DNA from: Eledone cirrhosa | Taxonomy: Eukaryota | NCBI GenBank assembly: GCA_964016885.1 | Contig: OZ024763.1 | Span: forward strand, 18,724,001 to 18,788,000 | DNA: 64,000 bases | Reading direction: 5' to 3' | In this document: one piece after another, positions 13,586 to 26,137 of the stretch | Numbering within the stretch: position 1 is the first letter of the stretch | How the letters are laid out: each line of letters opens with the position of its first letter | Notes under the pieces: generated by a model | Database searches by the model: none | Seen by the model: the letters and a program-made list of their open reading frames with translations, nothing else | What the model was told of the DNA's origin: nothing | Translations under genes and position numbers: made by a program

Positions 13586-15102
13586 AAACCAGTAGAAAGA
13601 GGGAGGAAAGGGTCAAAAGATGGCGTTTGCAGAGTTTATGGTGTTTCATTAGAAAAATCTTTGCTATTTCCGCAAAACAAAATACAGCCTTGTTCCTGTA
13701 ATAAAGCAAACATCACCACCACCACCTCTATCACATCTCCTACCACCACCACCACTATCACTGTCACCACCACCACCACTGCCACCACCACCACCACTAT
13801 CACCACCACCACCACCACCACTATCACTGTCACCACCACCACCACTGCCACCACCACTATCACCACCACCACCACCACCACCACTATCACTGTCACCACC
13901 ACCACCACTGCCACCACCACCACCACTATCACCACCACCACCACCACCACTATCACTGTCACCACCACCACCACTGCCACCACCACCACCACTATCACCA
14001 CCTTCACCACCACCACTATCACTGTCACCACCACCACCACTGCCACCACCACCACCACTATCACCACCACCACCACCACTATCACTGTCACCACCACCAC
14101 CACTGCCACCACCACCACCACTATCACCACCAGAACATCCCCCCACTACCATCACCATCATCAGCATCACAACCATCACCACTACCACTACGACCACGAC
14201 GACCACCACCACCACCATCTCCAAAACTATTCTTTTGGACTCACCATGAGAAGAGAGGAGAAGGTTAGACAGTGAAGTGTGGGTGGGGTGCTGTGAGGGT
14301 CGGGGAAGTAGGGTAGGGCAGGGGTTGCAATGTTATCTTTTAGAAGTAAAACAAAATTAACAATTAAACAAGCAAAAAAACCCCCAAAACAATGACGTAA
14401 TTACCCCCCTCCCCAAAAAAAAAATCAACAACCACCCTCCAAAGCCCCAAACTCCGATGTCGTCCTCCCCTGCATCTCAAAACATATACCTCCTTCAAAG
14501 AAAACATAAATCCCCCCCCTAAAAAAAAAGGGTTAAAAACAACTCCTAAAAAAAACCCACATCCTCTTCCCCCAAAACATATACCCCCCCTCCACAAGAA
14601 CCCCTCCCCCCAGGATAAAAATAACTCTCCAAAAAATCGCCCCCACCCCTCCTAAAAAAAAAAATCAATATCCCTCCTTCGCCTCCCCCAAAAGATAAAA
14701 ATAACCCCCTAAAAAAAGATAAAAAAGTAACCCCCTAAAAAATAAAAATAACCCCCTTAGAAAAATAAGTATAATCCCTCCCAAAAAATCCCACATAACC
14801 CTTCCCCTAGAAAAAAAAGCAACATCTTCTCCCCCAAAACATAAAGCAAAACACATATAAGCCCCCCCCCCCCCCCCGAAACAAAACAGCACAACAATAT
14901 AAATACAAAGAAGACATTTTGAGATTTTGAGATTTTGTTTTAAAATAGAGTCCAGATGTTAAACGGAGTTAGTGAAGATGGTTTTAGGTTACATAACAAG
15001 TTAGATGTTGAAAGATCCTCACCTTAAAGTGGAGGTCTTAATAAATTAGAACAGCATATACACACACATATATATATACACACACACATATATATATATA
15101 TA

Positions 15103-15272
15103 TATTGTTATACTTTGGGAGGGTCATGTTGCCAATAAGAAACACACGCACCAGTTGCTTTCACTTCAATTTATTATAATAAATTTATAAATTTATTATA
15201 ATAAATTGAAGTGAAAGCAACTGGTGCGTGTGTTTCTTATTGGCAACATGACCCTCCCAAAGTATAACAATA
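15103..15272. repeat. Perfect ~170-bp palindrome with one-sided ~45-bp tail
   Basis: Arms are exact reverse complements centred on AAATTTATAAATTT; same termini and tail as 35191-35775. Confidence 0.9.
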
Positions 15273-15311
15273 TCGGTTGCAACACACGATTTCAGATAAA
15301 GAATCTTGCTA

Positions 15312-15349
<38 letters not shown>

Positions 15350-15397
15350 TATAGATAGGTAAATATACACGGGTGTGTATGATTGTGTATAGAAGAT

Positions 15398-15762
15398 TAT
15401 ATTAATAAGAGGAATTCCAACTTTGTCTGATTTACTCGTTTTATTTACAATCCTTTAAAATATATATAATGGTATTATAATGAAATAGTATGATAGAATA
15501 TTAAATTCTAAGTGTTAATTGAACAAGTACTTTCATGCTTTCGCAATCTTCAGGTTCATGATATGTGGTGGCAGTCGAGTTTGCAATTTTCAACTGTCAC
15601 CACATATCATGAACCTGAAGATTGCGAAAGCATGAAAGTACTTGTTCAATTAACACTTAGAATTTAATATTCTATCATACTATTTCATTATAATACCATT
15701 ATATATATTTTAAAGGATTGTAAATAAAACGAGTAAATCAGACAAAGTTGGAATTCCTCTTA

Positions 15763-15770
<8 letters not shown>
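15398..15770. repeat. Near-perfect ~370-bp palindrome containing paired hammerheads
   Basis: ~175-bp arms, ~20-bp loop, followed by (TA)n. Confidence 0.9.
15610..15648 (+). ncRNA. Minimal type I hammerhead ribozyme motif (antisense twin at 15520-15558)
   Basis: UGAAC-CUGAAGA-U UGC GAAA GCA U-GAA-AGUACU-U^-GUUCA; GNRA-capped stem II, palindromic stem III. Confidence 0.75.
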
Positions 15771-15799
<29 letters not shown>

Positions 15800-16190
15800 T
15801 ACATGAATCAAAGTTCTGTTTATTCGAAATCATTTATTCGCTTACAATTGTTTCTTCCAAACCGAGGTTTGGAGTCTTCGGAGGAATTTATCAATGATTG
15901 TTCACATACTTGACCTCCTTTTCAACACAAGAGACATACAGAAACATATGTATATACTGATGCACAGTGGGTTGACATCCATGATAATATTTAAGCATGG
16001 CAGTTTACATTTAAAGATTGAAGTCATATTAAAAGAAAATTACAAGAAAATTAAAGTTATAATACAACATTGGCAGTCTATGAAGGTGATGCAGGAGATA
16101 GTTAGAAGTAGTTATTTATATAAGATTATAGTGCGGTAAGATGTTATATGGAATATAAGCACTTATATATATATATATATATATACAGAT

Positions 16191-16223
<33 letters not shown>

Positions 16224-16805
16224 AAGGGTGCGGATGATATTTGTTCGCAAGAAAAAATTCTAGGAAATTCTAGGAAAAAATAACAGTTTTATTTTTTAAG
16301 ATATATTTATCAAACTTGGGTCAGTTTGTCTTCATGACTTGTTCTTTCGATCTCACTCGATAAACACGCCATTGGCTCTGATGACGGCCTCAAAGCGGCC
16401 TCGGAACCAGCTACAGGCCTTCGTCACTGTCCCCCGACTTAGGCCCCTAAAGGCACTTGTGATCCTGGCCTTCAGATCGTCTTTCGTATTGCAGCTAGAT
16501 CTGTTGGTGTCTCATTCCACTGCGCCCCACGCAAAGAAGTCGAGGGGGTTGCAGTCAGGCAAGCTGGGAGGCCAGATGTCAGGTGAAGTGTGGTCGACGA
16601 AGTTCTCTGACAGCCAGGCTTGGGTCTTTCGGTTGATATGGCAGGGCGCTGAGTCTTGCTGCCACACGTACGGCCTACCTACAGCTACCTGGTCGATCCA
16701 GGGCTTTACTACCTCGCTCAGAACACGGATGTAACCATCGGTGTTCAGCTTGAGGCCCTCAGGGTAGAAGTGAGGTGGCATGACGTCACCTTGACTGCTG
16801 ACGAC

Positions 16806-19092
16806 ATCATCATCATCATCATCATCATCACCGTTTTACGTCCGTTCTTCCACGCTAGCATGGGTTAGACGGGTTGTCCTGTTGTGGGCAGTGTCTGGTC
16901 GGCTGACCATGCCTTGCTCATACAGGAACTGATCTGGCTTGATTTCTACAGCTGGATGCCCTTCCTAACACCAACCTCATTTACAGTGAGTGCTGGGTGC
17001 TTTTTCGTGGCGCCTACACGTCCACTTTACAGTGTGGGCTGGGTGCTTTTTTGCCGTGGCACCTCCACGACCACCTTGCGGTGGGGGGGGGGGGGCATAT
17101 TGTTTATATGCTTCAGCATGTACCCATGGGAGGTCGGGTACCCTGTATTACTGCGTGACGCCAGAAGTCACGGTCGTGTGTCATTGACTTTGAGAGGTGT
17201 AGTTGGGTAAGGTCGGCTTTTATCACCTCATCCCAAGTCATCTTGGGTCTCCCCACTCCGCGGTTTCCATCAACTTCTAGTGCTCTGCACCTTTTTATGC
17301 AGCTGTCATCCTTCATACGCATCACATGTCCATACCAGCGTAACCGCCTCTCCTGCACGCAGCATTTGATTCCTCTTATGCTCAGTCTCTCTCTCAATTC
17401 ATTTATGCTTTGTCGTTCACGTATATTACTGTTACACATCCATCGGAGCATGCAGGCTTCGTTTCTCTCTAATCTACGTAAGTCTTCCACCTTCAGCGCC
17501 CAGGTCTCACTACCATGCAACATCGCTGTTCGGATACACGCATCATACAGTCTGCCTTTCATTCTGAGGGAGAAGCCTTTTGCAGCTAGCAGTGGTAGTA
17601 GTTCCCTAAACTTCTTCCATCCCGTTCTTACCCTAGTTATTGTACTTTCTGAGCACCCACCTCCGTTGCTAATTCGGTCACCTAGGTAGCAGAAGCTGTC
17701 TACTGTTTCTACAGGGCCCTCCCAGAGATTGGTGGTACTTGTTTCCTGTGGCTGTTTGCTTGCTGTTTCAGCACAGCTGCTGCATGTGAATCCTACATTC
17801 TTAATTAAGCTTCCTGAGATCCCGCTACATCTCTTGTGTACCCATTGTTTGCATTTGGGGCAAAGAATGGAGTTCCTACCTACACCTTTCCTACATACTG
17901 AGCAAGGCCATTTCCCTGAGGGGATCTGGGTTCTGTTTTCTCGTCTACTTATAAGGACCTTAGTCTTTGTCATGTTGACTTTGAGGCCCTTTCTCTCTAG
18001 TCCCTGCTTCCAGGTTTGGAATTTATTCTCTAGTTCTACCATAGATTCAGCTATGAGTGCGAGGTCATCAGCATACAGGAGTTCCCATGGGCATCCGGTC
18101 TTAAACTCCTCCGTTATTGCCTGCAGGACTATGATGAACAGGAGAGGGCTAAGAACAGAGCCCTGGTGGACCCCAACCTGTACGCTAAATTCCTCGCTAT
18201 ACTCATTGCCAATCCTAACTTTGCTGACTGCTCCCCTATACATGGCTTGTACCGCTTTCACAAGCCATTCATCTACTCCTAGTTTTCTAAGAGCCCACCA
18301 GATTACTGCACGTGGAACTCTGTCAAAGGCTTTCTCAAGGTCGACAAATGCCAAGTAGAGTGGCTTACTTTTAGCTAGGTACTTTTCCTGTAATTGCCTC
18401 ACAAGGAAGAGCGCATCAGTGGTGCCTTTCCCTGGTACAAACCCAAATTGCATCTCGTCTATATTCACCCGGTCCCTAATCAGCTGTGCTATAACTCTTT
18501 CTGTTACTTTCATGACCTGGTCCATCAACTTTATACCTCTATAGTTTCCTCTATCTAGTGCATCGCCTTTACCTTTGTAGCAGTTGACAATGATGCTACT
18601 GCACCAATCTTTTGGTATGGCCCCCTCTAGTATTACCTGGTTAACGATACGTGTGGTTATAGTGTGACCTACAGACCCAGATGCCTTCAGCATCTCGGCA
18701 GCTATACCCGATGGGCCGGTTGCCTTCCCTATCTTCATATCTCTGATTGCCTTACTTACTACGCTGCCGCTGACTTGTACTGCTGGTCCCTCTATAGGGT
18801 CTACGTGGGGTAGGGTCTCTTCTTCCCATGCATTCTCCTCATTTAGTAATCTATCATAATGACTCTTCCATGCATCTTTCTTCTCAGCACTTGTGAGGGC
18901 AAGCTCACCTTTATCATTCCGGATACACTTCTCTCCAATGACATCACAACTATCTCTGACACACTGCCTCGCAATCTTGAATACCTCCTGTTTCTGGTCC
19001 TCACGTTGTAAAACATGCTTGAATTTTCTATCCTCTGCTTCCCTCCTAGCTAAGTATACTTGTCGCCTAGCTTCCCTCTTGGTCTCTATGTA
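16806..19092 (-). mobile_element. 5'-truncated RTE-clade LINE
   Basis: RT motifs (NYRGIKL, QFGF, FVDLEKAFD, QGSVLSP, YADD), C-terminal RLRWYGH/GRP motifs, 3'UTR shared with many fragments in the window, (GAT)n tail at 16806-16830. No endonuclease domain. Confidence 0.92.
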
Positions 19093-19242
19093 ATGACACC
19101 TAAGACCAATATTGTCACTGGAAACTTTGTCTGCATGACTCTGGGCACGTCTTTGGATGAGACGCCATTCTCCTGCTGACGCCGAGAAAGTCTGAAATTT
19201 CCTTATTTGTCCTCCCGGCGCGGATTCCAAGAAGAACTCCAT
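17113..19242 (-). CDS. 709-aa chimeric ORF: ~50 aa mariner-derived N-terminus fused to LINE reverse transcriptase + PHD-like Cys/His finger
   Basis: ORF track; RT motifs intact; CSVC...CPKC..WVH..C...CSSC finger after RT. The first ~50 codons lie in the mariner segment (19093-19242). Confidence 0.75.
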   Translation of the reverse strand: MEFFLESAPGGQIRKFQTFSASAGEWRLIQRRAQSHADKVSSDNIGLRCHYIETKREARRQVYLARREAEDRKFKHVLQREDQKQEVFKIARQCVRDSCDVIGEKCIRNDKGELALTSAEKKDAWKSHYDRLLNEENAWEEETLPHVDPIEGPAVQVSGSVVSKAIRDMKIGKATGPSGIAAEMLKASGSVGHTITTRIVNQVILEGAIPKDWCSSIIVNCYKGKGDALDRGNYRGIKLMDQVMKVTERVIAQLIRDRVNIDEMQFGFVPGKGTTDALFLVRQLQEKYLAKSKPLYLAFVDLEKAFDRVPRAVIWWALRKLGVDEWLVKAVQAMYRGAVSKVRIGNEYSEEFSVQVGVHQGSVLSPLLFIIVLQAITEEFKTGCPWELLYADDLALIAESMVELENKFQTWKQGLERKGLKVNMTKTKVLISRRENRTQIPSGKWPCSVCRKGVGRNSILCPKCKQWVHKRCSGISGSLIKNVGFTCSSCAETASKQPQETSTTNLWEGPVETVDSFCYLGDRISNGGGCSESTITRVRTGWKKFRELLPLLAAKGFSLRMKGRLYDACIRTAMLHGSETWALKVEDLRRLERNEACMLRWMCNSNIRERQSINELRERLSIRGIKCCVQERRLRWYGHVMRMKDDSCIKRCRALEVDGNRGVGRPKMTWDEVIKADLTQLHLSKSMTHDRDFWRHAVIQGTRPPMGTC

Positions 19243-20319
19243 GTCTCTTCCACAAATTTGGAGGTTCGAAATTATTCTTAATCAATTATTCTGAAAATAA
19301 ATAATGGAAATATAGTCAGTGTTTTTATGAAGACAAGAGTGACAACGGAAGTAAAGAAAACTTGCATAAAATTAGCAGCTGAATATCGTCCACACCCTGT
19401 ATATACAGATACACACACATATATCATCACCACCACCACCACCACTATCATCACCACCACCATCACCACCACCACCATCACCACCACCACCACCACCATC
19501 ACCATCACCACCACCATCACCATCACCACCACCACCACCACCACTATCATCACCACCACCATCACCACCACCACCATCACCACCACCACCACCACCATCA
19601 CCATCACCACCACCATCACCACCACCATCACCACCACCATCACCACCACTATCATCACCATCACCACCATCACCATCACCACCATCACCATCACCACCAC
19701 CACCACCATCATTACCACCATCATCACCACCATCATCATCATCATCACCACCACCACCACCATCACCACCACCACCACCACCACCACCACCACCACCACC
19801 ACCATCATCACCATCATCATCAACACCATCATCATCATCATCATCACCACCACTATCATCACCACCACCATCACCACCACCACCATCACCACCACCACCA
19901 TCATCACCACCACCATCACCACCATCATCATCACCACCTCATCATCATACTTTGTTTCCCCTTCCTTTAAAGAAATGTCATACGTCCCTTCAAAATGTTA
20001 TCCATCAACCCAATTTAAATATAAACCCCTCCCCCTCCAGAAAAGCACCTCCTCCCCCGCAACAACCCCTTAACAGTTGAAAAAAAGCACAACCCCCTTG
20101 CCCCCCGAAACAAAACCTTCTCCCAGCCCTGGACAGTCATAACATGATACAATAGAAAGTATTTAGCTGCCATTTAAAATACTACTTGCATGTTATTAAC
20201 TTCCGTTTATGAAGCCCTCCCTCCCACCCCCACCATTTGTTGTATAATCATCTTGTTGTCACCTTCTCATTCATAATCTGTTTAGTGTTGTATTGTGGAA
20301 TAATTGTAGTTGATTTTAT

Positions 20320-20750
20320 AGGTGGGGCAATGGCAGACGAATTGGTAGAGCGTCGGACACTTGCTTTGTGGCAAATTGTGTTATAGCCCGTGATGTTCTA
20401 AGTACAAATCTCACTGAAGTTAGATTTGCCTTTCATCCTTATGGGTTGATAAAATAAAGTACCAGTAGCGCACTGGGGTCGATTTAATTGACTCCCCCCC
20501 CCCCCAAACATTGCTGGCCTTGTGCCTAAATCAGAAACTCTTATTATAAATTTGAAGGGTGGTGTATTGGCAAGTATCGGTAGAGGGTCGGACGGCATGC
20601 TTTGCAGCATAGAATTATGGCCCTTTGCGTTTTGAGTTCAAATCCCGCCAAGGTTAACTTTGCCGTTCATCCTTACGGGATCGATGAAATAAAGTACCAG
20701 TAATACACTGGGATAATTGCTGGCCTTGTGCCAAAAGTAGAAACAATTAT
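20320..20750 (+). mobile_element. Two tandem SINEs of the major family
   Basis: Same head/core/tail motifs as 9472-9665. Confidence 0.8.
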
Positions 20751-20900
20751 TTATATTCGAAAAACTCAGATTACATTTATTGAATTCAGCCATGTAGAGC
20801 GGGATTTTCTTTATATATATATAAACCATACTTGTGGAGTGCTTCTAATCTATTGTAAAACTTTATTCTTTGATTTATTCATTGAACCTTGTTTAACCTT

Positions 20901-20935
<35 letters not shown>

Positions 20936-20939
20936 GAGA

Positions 20940-21432
20940 TCGAGATCGTGTAGGTGTCACGACAAAAAAACAAACAGTCCACGCTGTAATGTGGCCATGT
21001 AGGTAACACGGTAAAAAGTTCCCAGTTCCACACTGTAAATGTGATTGGTGTTAGGAAGGGCATCCAGCCGTAGAAAACCTGCCAGATAGTCCTATATGAG
21101 CGAGACACGGTCACCCGACCAACCTTGTCTCAAGTGGGACAACTCCCGTCTAACCCATGCTAGCGTGGAAGATGGACGTTAAACGAAGATGATGATGATG
21201 ATATATATCATCATTTCATCATCATCATTTCATTTTACGTCCGCTTTTCCCTGCTTGCAAGGGTGGGACGGGAACCGATTCTGGCTTGATTTCTACAGCT
21301 GGATGCCCTTCCTAACACCAACCTCATTTTACAGTGAGTGCTGGGTGCTTGTTTGCCGTGGCACCTCCACGACCACTTTGCAGTGGAATGATATGGACCC
21401 CAGCGGATGTAAAATGATGATGATGATGATGA
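20940..21432. mobile_element. Two tail-to-tail RTE-derived 3' fragments
   Basis: RTE 3'UTR motifs with (GAT)n / (CAT)n tails in opposite orientations. Confidence 0.7.
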
Positions 21433-21622
21433 TATATATATATAACCAACCAACACATACTCAATTTTATTTTATTTTTTTTTTTGTTTCTTTCATCCAA
21501 ATATATCAGGACTTAAAATTCCCTTCATCAGAGCATAAGGACCTTTTAGAGTTCCTTATAATCTGATGAAGGGGATTTTAAGTCCCGAAATATTAGAAAT
21601 AAATAAACAACAACAAAAAAAA

Positions 21623-21659
<37 letters not shown>

Positions 21660-22257
21660 TTAGAGCATTATTCAACAGAGTACATGATATTTGGAATAGT
21701 AGTGTGTGTGTGTGTGTGTGTGTGACAGCTCACACCTATGCAGGTTTAGCTGGCCTCCTCCAAGGTATATCTCGTTGGAGGTGTCTTGGGTAATTTAATG
21801 ATAGGGACCCCAGTCCCTATCATCTCATTTCTACAGCTGAGTAAACTGGAGCAATGTGAAATAAAGTGTCTTGCTCAAGGAAACAACACATCACCCGGTC
21901 CGAGAATTGAACTCACAACTTTTCGATTGCAAGGCCAATGCTCTAACCACTAAGCCATGTGCCTCCATATATATACATATATATATATATAAGAAATCGA
22001 CTGTGTTCAAACCTGGTGAGAGGATGGGCTCTACCTGGTTTTAAATGATGTAGGCCACTACAGCACCATTACAACCCCATCATGAGACAAGAGTCTGTCT
22101 GTACAAGGCTACTGCACTGCAATACTTCAAAGTTACTGAGCGCCAACAGTTTGATGCACCCATCATCAATGCAGTGTCTGTGCAACTGTGCACCCACACA
22201 CTTTAGAGGTGAGCAGGGGCTTCTATGTGTGCGAATCTGTATGGATATGTGTTTGTG

Positions 22258-22312
<55 letters not shown>

Positions 22313-22419
22313 CTTAATTATCATCACCACCATCATCATCATTTGATATATATATATATAATATACATAAATATACATACATATAATATATACATAAACA
22401 TATATATAATATATGTTTA

Positions 22420-22460
<41 letters not shown>

Positions 22461-22531
22461 CAGAACAAACTGGTACTTTGTTCCAAGAACCAAGTAAAAA
22501 CTGTTCTTTGTTATAAATACACAGACAATAC

Positions 22532-22587
<56 letters not shown>

Positions 22588-22599
22588 TAAACATATATT

Positions 22600-22653
<54 letters not shown>

Positions 22654-22665
22654 TAAACATATATT

Positions 22666-22715
<50 letters not shown>

Positions 22716-22726
22716 TAAACATATAT

Positions 22727-22787
<61 letters not shown>

Positions 22788-23518
22788 TACACAAACACAC
22801 ACAAAAAGGCATATATACGTAGGTATATATTCATATATATATATATAAACATATACACTTGCATATATGTGTGTATATATATAGAGAGAGTTGCTATTTA
22901 TTATAGGAACAAGGCTGTGTTTTGTTTTGCGGAAATAGCAAAGATTTTTCTTATGAAACACCATAAACTTTGCGATCAATAATGTTTGAGGTTGAAGTTG
23001 TTGAAATATTGGTTTATGTTTTGTGATGTGTTGTTGTATGAGTTGACTGGGTTGTGGCTAAATATACAATCAGGACCACATCAAATTGAGACACAACAGA
23101 CCAACAAATTCTATATTTATATTTGTTCCATAGTATACTACGACACCATCTAGCAAAATATAACACAACTAAATAACATAAAAACTTTGATATAACAAGA
23201 GTGCTTCATTAACAAGCTGCTGGATGTAGTATTTTGTTTGGACCTTGTCCTTGTGGTTGTGTTTATTGTCTATATAGAAAATTATTTATTTCCCTTCTTA
23301 GACTTGACCTTTTTGTGATGATATCTTTGTGTTGGAATTTGTAGGAATTTGTGAGTGAATGTGTGAATGTGTTGATGTGCAGAGCATGGCCCAGCTGCGG
23401 CAGTGCCTTAATGACCAGTGTCTGCTATAGCCAGTTGTCGGCTGTCAAGTGTCTCAGAGACCAGCAGATTGAGAAGAAGAGTGACAAGAGAACGCAACTG
23501 AATTTGAGCTGGGTTTAA

Positions 23519-23799
23519 CCCTTTAATGTTCAAACCGGCCAGAATTCTCTACATTTTTCTGTTGAAACTGGCTGTAACTGGTCGCTCAAACTGATGTTAA
23601 GGTATTCTTCTCAAAATAAATACTTTCAAAATCTCATAGATTCGATATTATGTGAGATAATTATGTGAGGTAAAGCCTTTACCATGAAAATATAATAGTA
23701 TATATAGAGTAATGTGAATGTTATGTGAGATTTTATGTGAGGTAAAGCCTTTACCATGAAAATACAATTGTATATATAGAGTAATAAAATGTTAAAGGG
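23519..23799. mobile_element. piggyBac-type MITE (inverted copy with internal duplication)
   Basis: TTAA|CCCTTT...AAAGGG|TTAA. Confidence 0.7.
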
Positions 23800-24395
23800 T
23801 TAAATATCCATATATTTTCTGATAACTATTTCTGGTTAAGATGTTATGATGATGTCACAACTATTTTAGCCTCCAGTTTAATATCTGAAAGAATACGATC
23901 ATGAATACATGCCACTGAAGTGGTGTTCCTCCAAAGGGTCCTTGGAATATTGTTTCTCAATAGAGTGTGTAGCTTGGAGACCAAGGAATCACTCCAGGTA
24001 GAGCTGCTACTTCTCTGAATTGAGAGATCACAGCTCTGACACTATGGACATGTGGTTAGAATGTCTCAGGGAAAGAATTGCTGAACAGATTTGATGTGTG
24101 TGTGTATATAGATATATATATATATATACACACATATCAAATCTGTTCAGCAATTCCCCCTCCCCATGAGACATTCTAATACATATATATATATCTTGAG
24201 TTCAGTTTTTTTCCTCGCTTTCGTCACTGCGGCTCGCCTATCGGTCGCTGTCTTCAATTTGCAAAGCTGTCTAAACATAATGTTATAACTCTAACGTAAT
24301 ATGCCTTATTGAGTGCTTAGCTGCACACCCCGATTGCATTCGTTAGCTTGGCTGCACCCAGAGCTTCGATTATGCTGTACTAAATTTTGTATTGT

Positions 24396-24562
24396 CAGTA
24401 TCGGTAGAGGGTCGGACGCCATGCTTTCCACCATAGTTACGTCCCTTTACGATCTGAGTTCAAATCCCGCCGAGGTTGACTTTGCCTTTCATCCTTACGG
24501 GGTCGATAAAATAAAGTACCAGTAATGAACTGGTTATTTGCTGGCCTTGTGCCTAAAGTAGA

Positions 24563-24568
<6 letters not shown>
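24396..24568 (+). mobile_element. SINE (major family)
   Basis: Same motifs. Confidence 0.8.
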
Positions 24569-24599
<31 letters not shown>

Positions 24600-24738
24600 T
24601 CATCAGCAGCATCTTCGTTTAACGTCCATCTTCCACGCTAGCATGGGTATATATATTGTGTACATCTTTATGTATGTATATATACATATATATATGTATA
24701 TATACACACACGCACATATGTATACACACACACATATA

Positions 24739-25519
24739 TCTGTATATATATAAAATTAAGTATGTGTGTGTCTGTGTATTACCTATAGGAGCCTACATCT
24801 TACGACCGATTTTCATGAAACTTTACAGGCTCATAGATTAGTCATCGGGGAGTGTTTTCTATATATCAGCGTATCGTTTTTTTTTGTTATTCCGGGGTCA
24901 AAATCGATAGGAGGGTCACTTTTTTTTAGGTATTGAAAAATAAGATTTTTGGCTCTATCTCCCACATTTTGCCACCGATTTCATTCAAATTTTAAAGAAA
25001 AATAGAATTTATCATTGCACATCCTGTAATGGCTTTATATTTTGCATTTGTTGTTCAGGGACGGCGTGGCAGCCGCTTAAATATTCAAAAGTACCACTTT
25101 TAGACTCAAATTTCCACTTTTTCGGCTCTAGCTCCCACATTAATCAATCTACTTTATTCAAATTTTACACTACGCTACATCTGATTATTTCACGTCTTAA
25201 AGTGGATCTTTTGTTCAGGAACGGCATGGCAGCTGCTTAAATATTCGAAAATACCACCTTTTCGCTCAAATTTCCGCCTTTTCGGCTCTAGCTCCCACAT
25301 TTTTCAACCGATTTCGTTCAAATTCGAAACTCCCTCCCCCAGCATGCCCCTTCGTCAGTCACCCGCGTTTCTCAGTGATAGAGGTCATCACCACCCTCCC
25401 CCGCATGGCCTGTGTGTGGCCATAGATGAATCATCGAGAAGCAGTCGCTAAGATCAACACCTTTTCATCAAAGCAGATATTATTTTACCTACCCAGGCAA
25501 CGCTGGGTACTGCTGCTAG
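24739..25519 (+). mobile_element. Non-autonomous Helitron
   Basis: A|TC start (TCTGTATATATATAAAA), 3' hairpin CCCAGGCAACGCTGGG followed by CTAG|T. Confidence 0.75.
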
Positions 25520-25559
25520 TACATACATATATGTATATATATGCACACACAAACACATG

Positions 25560-25596
<37 letters not shown>

Positions 25597-25856
25597 TTCC
25601 AGCAACAACAAAGACAACAATATATAACATTTAACATATTTCCACACACACTCATATGTGAGAAAATAGAGAGGAGAAAAAACCCTTGTAAAATAACAAA
25701 TGGTTAAAAAAGAAGGGCCCTTCCTTTAACTAGATTTCTCAAGACCCTTTCTGTTGCCTTCTCTTGTCTTGAGAGAATGTGGACAGAGGAGAAAGTGTGT
25801 ATATATATATATAGGCATAGAGGGAGTGTATAATGTATGTTATACTATATACACAG

Positions 25857-25889
<33 letters not shown>

Positions 25890-25908
25890 CATAAATGCAC
25901 ACACATAA

Positions 25909-25955
<47 letters not shown>

Positions 25956-25983
25956 AACATCCGCCTTTTGTTTTCATTATTGT

Positions 25984-26023
<40 letters not shown>

Positions 26024-26048
26024 ACAATAATGAAAACAAAAGGCGGAT

Positions 26049-26137
<89 letters not shown>

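Larger units (their letters stand above)
16224..19399 (-). mobile_element. Tc1/mariner DD37D (maT-type) transposon relic, split by an RTE LINE
   Basis: Imperfect TIRs (A/C)AGGGTG(C/T)GGA(T/C)GATATT flanked by TA. Transposase remnant KDVPRVMQTKFPVTILVLGV|SSQGDVMPPHF...WQQDSAPCH...WPPSLPDCNPLD has 37 residues between the 2nd and 3rd catalytic D. In-frame stop at 16512 and a large N-terminal deletion. Confidence 0.85.

Noticed and set aside
24215-24262. Minus-strand UUGAAGA...GACGAAAGCG hammerhead-like string
   Set aside because: Uncompensated core and no stem I/III pairing found.
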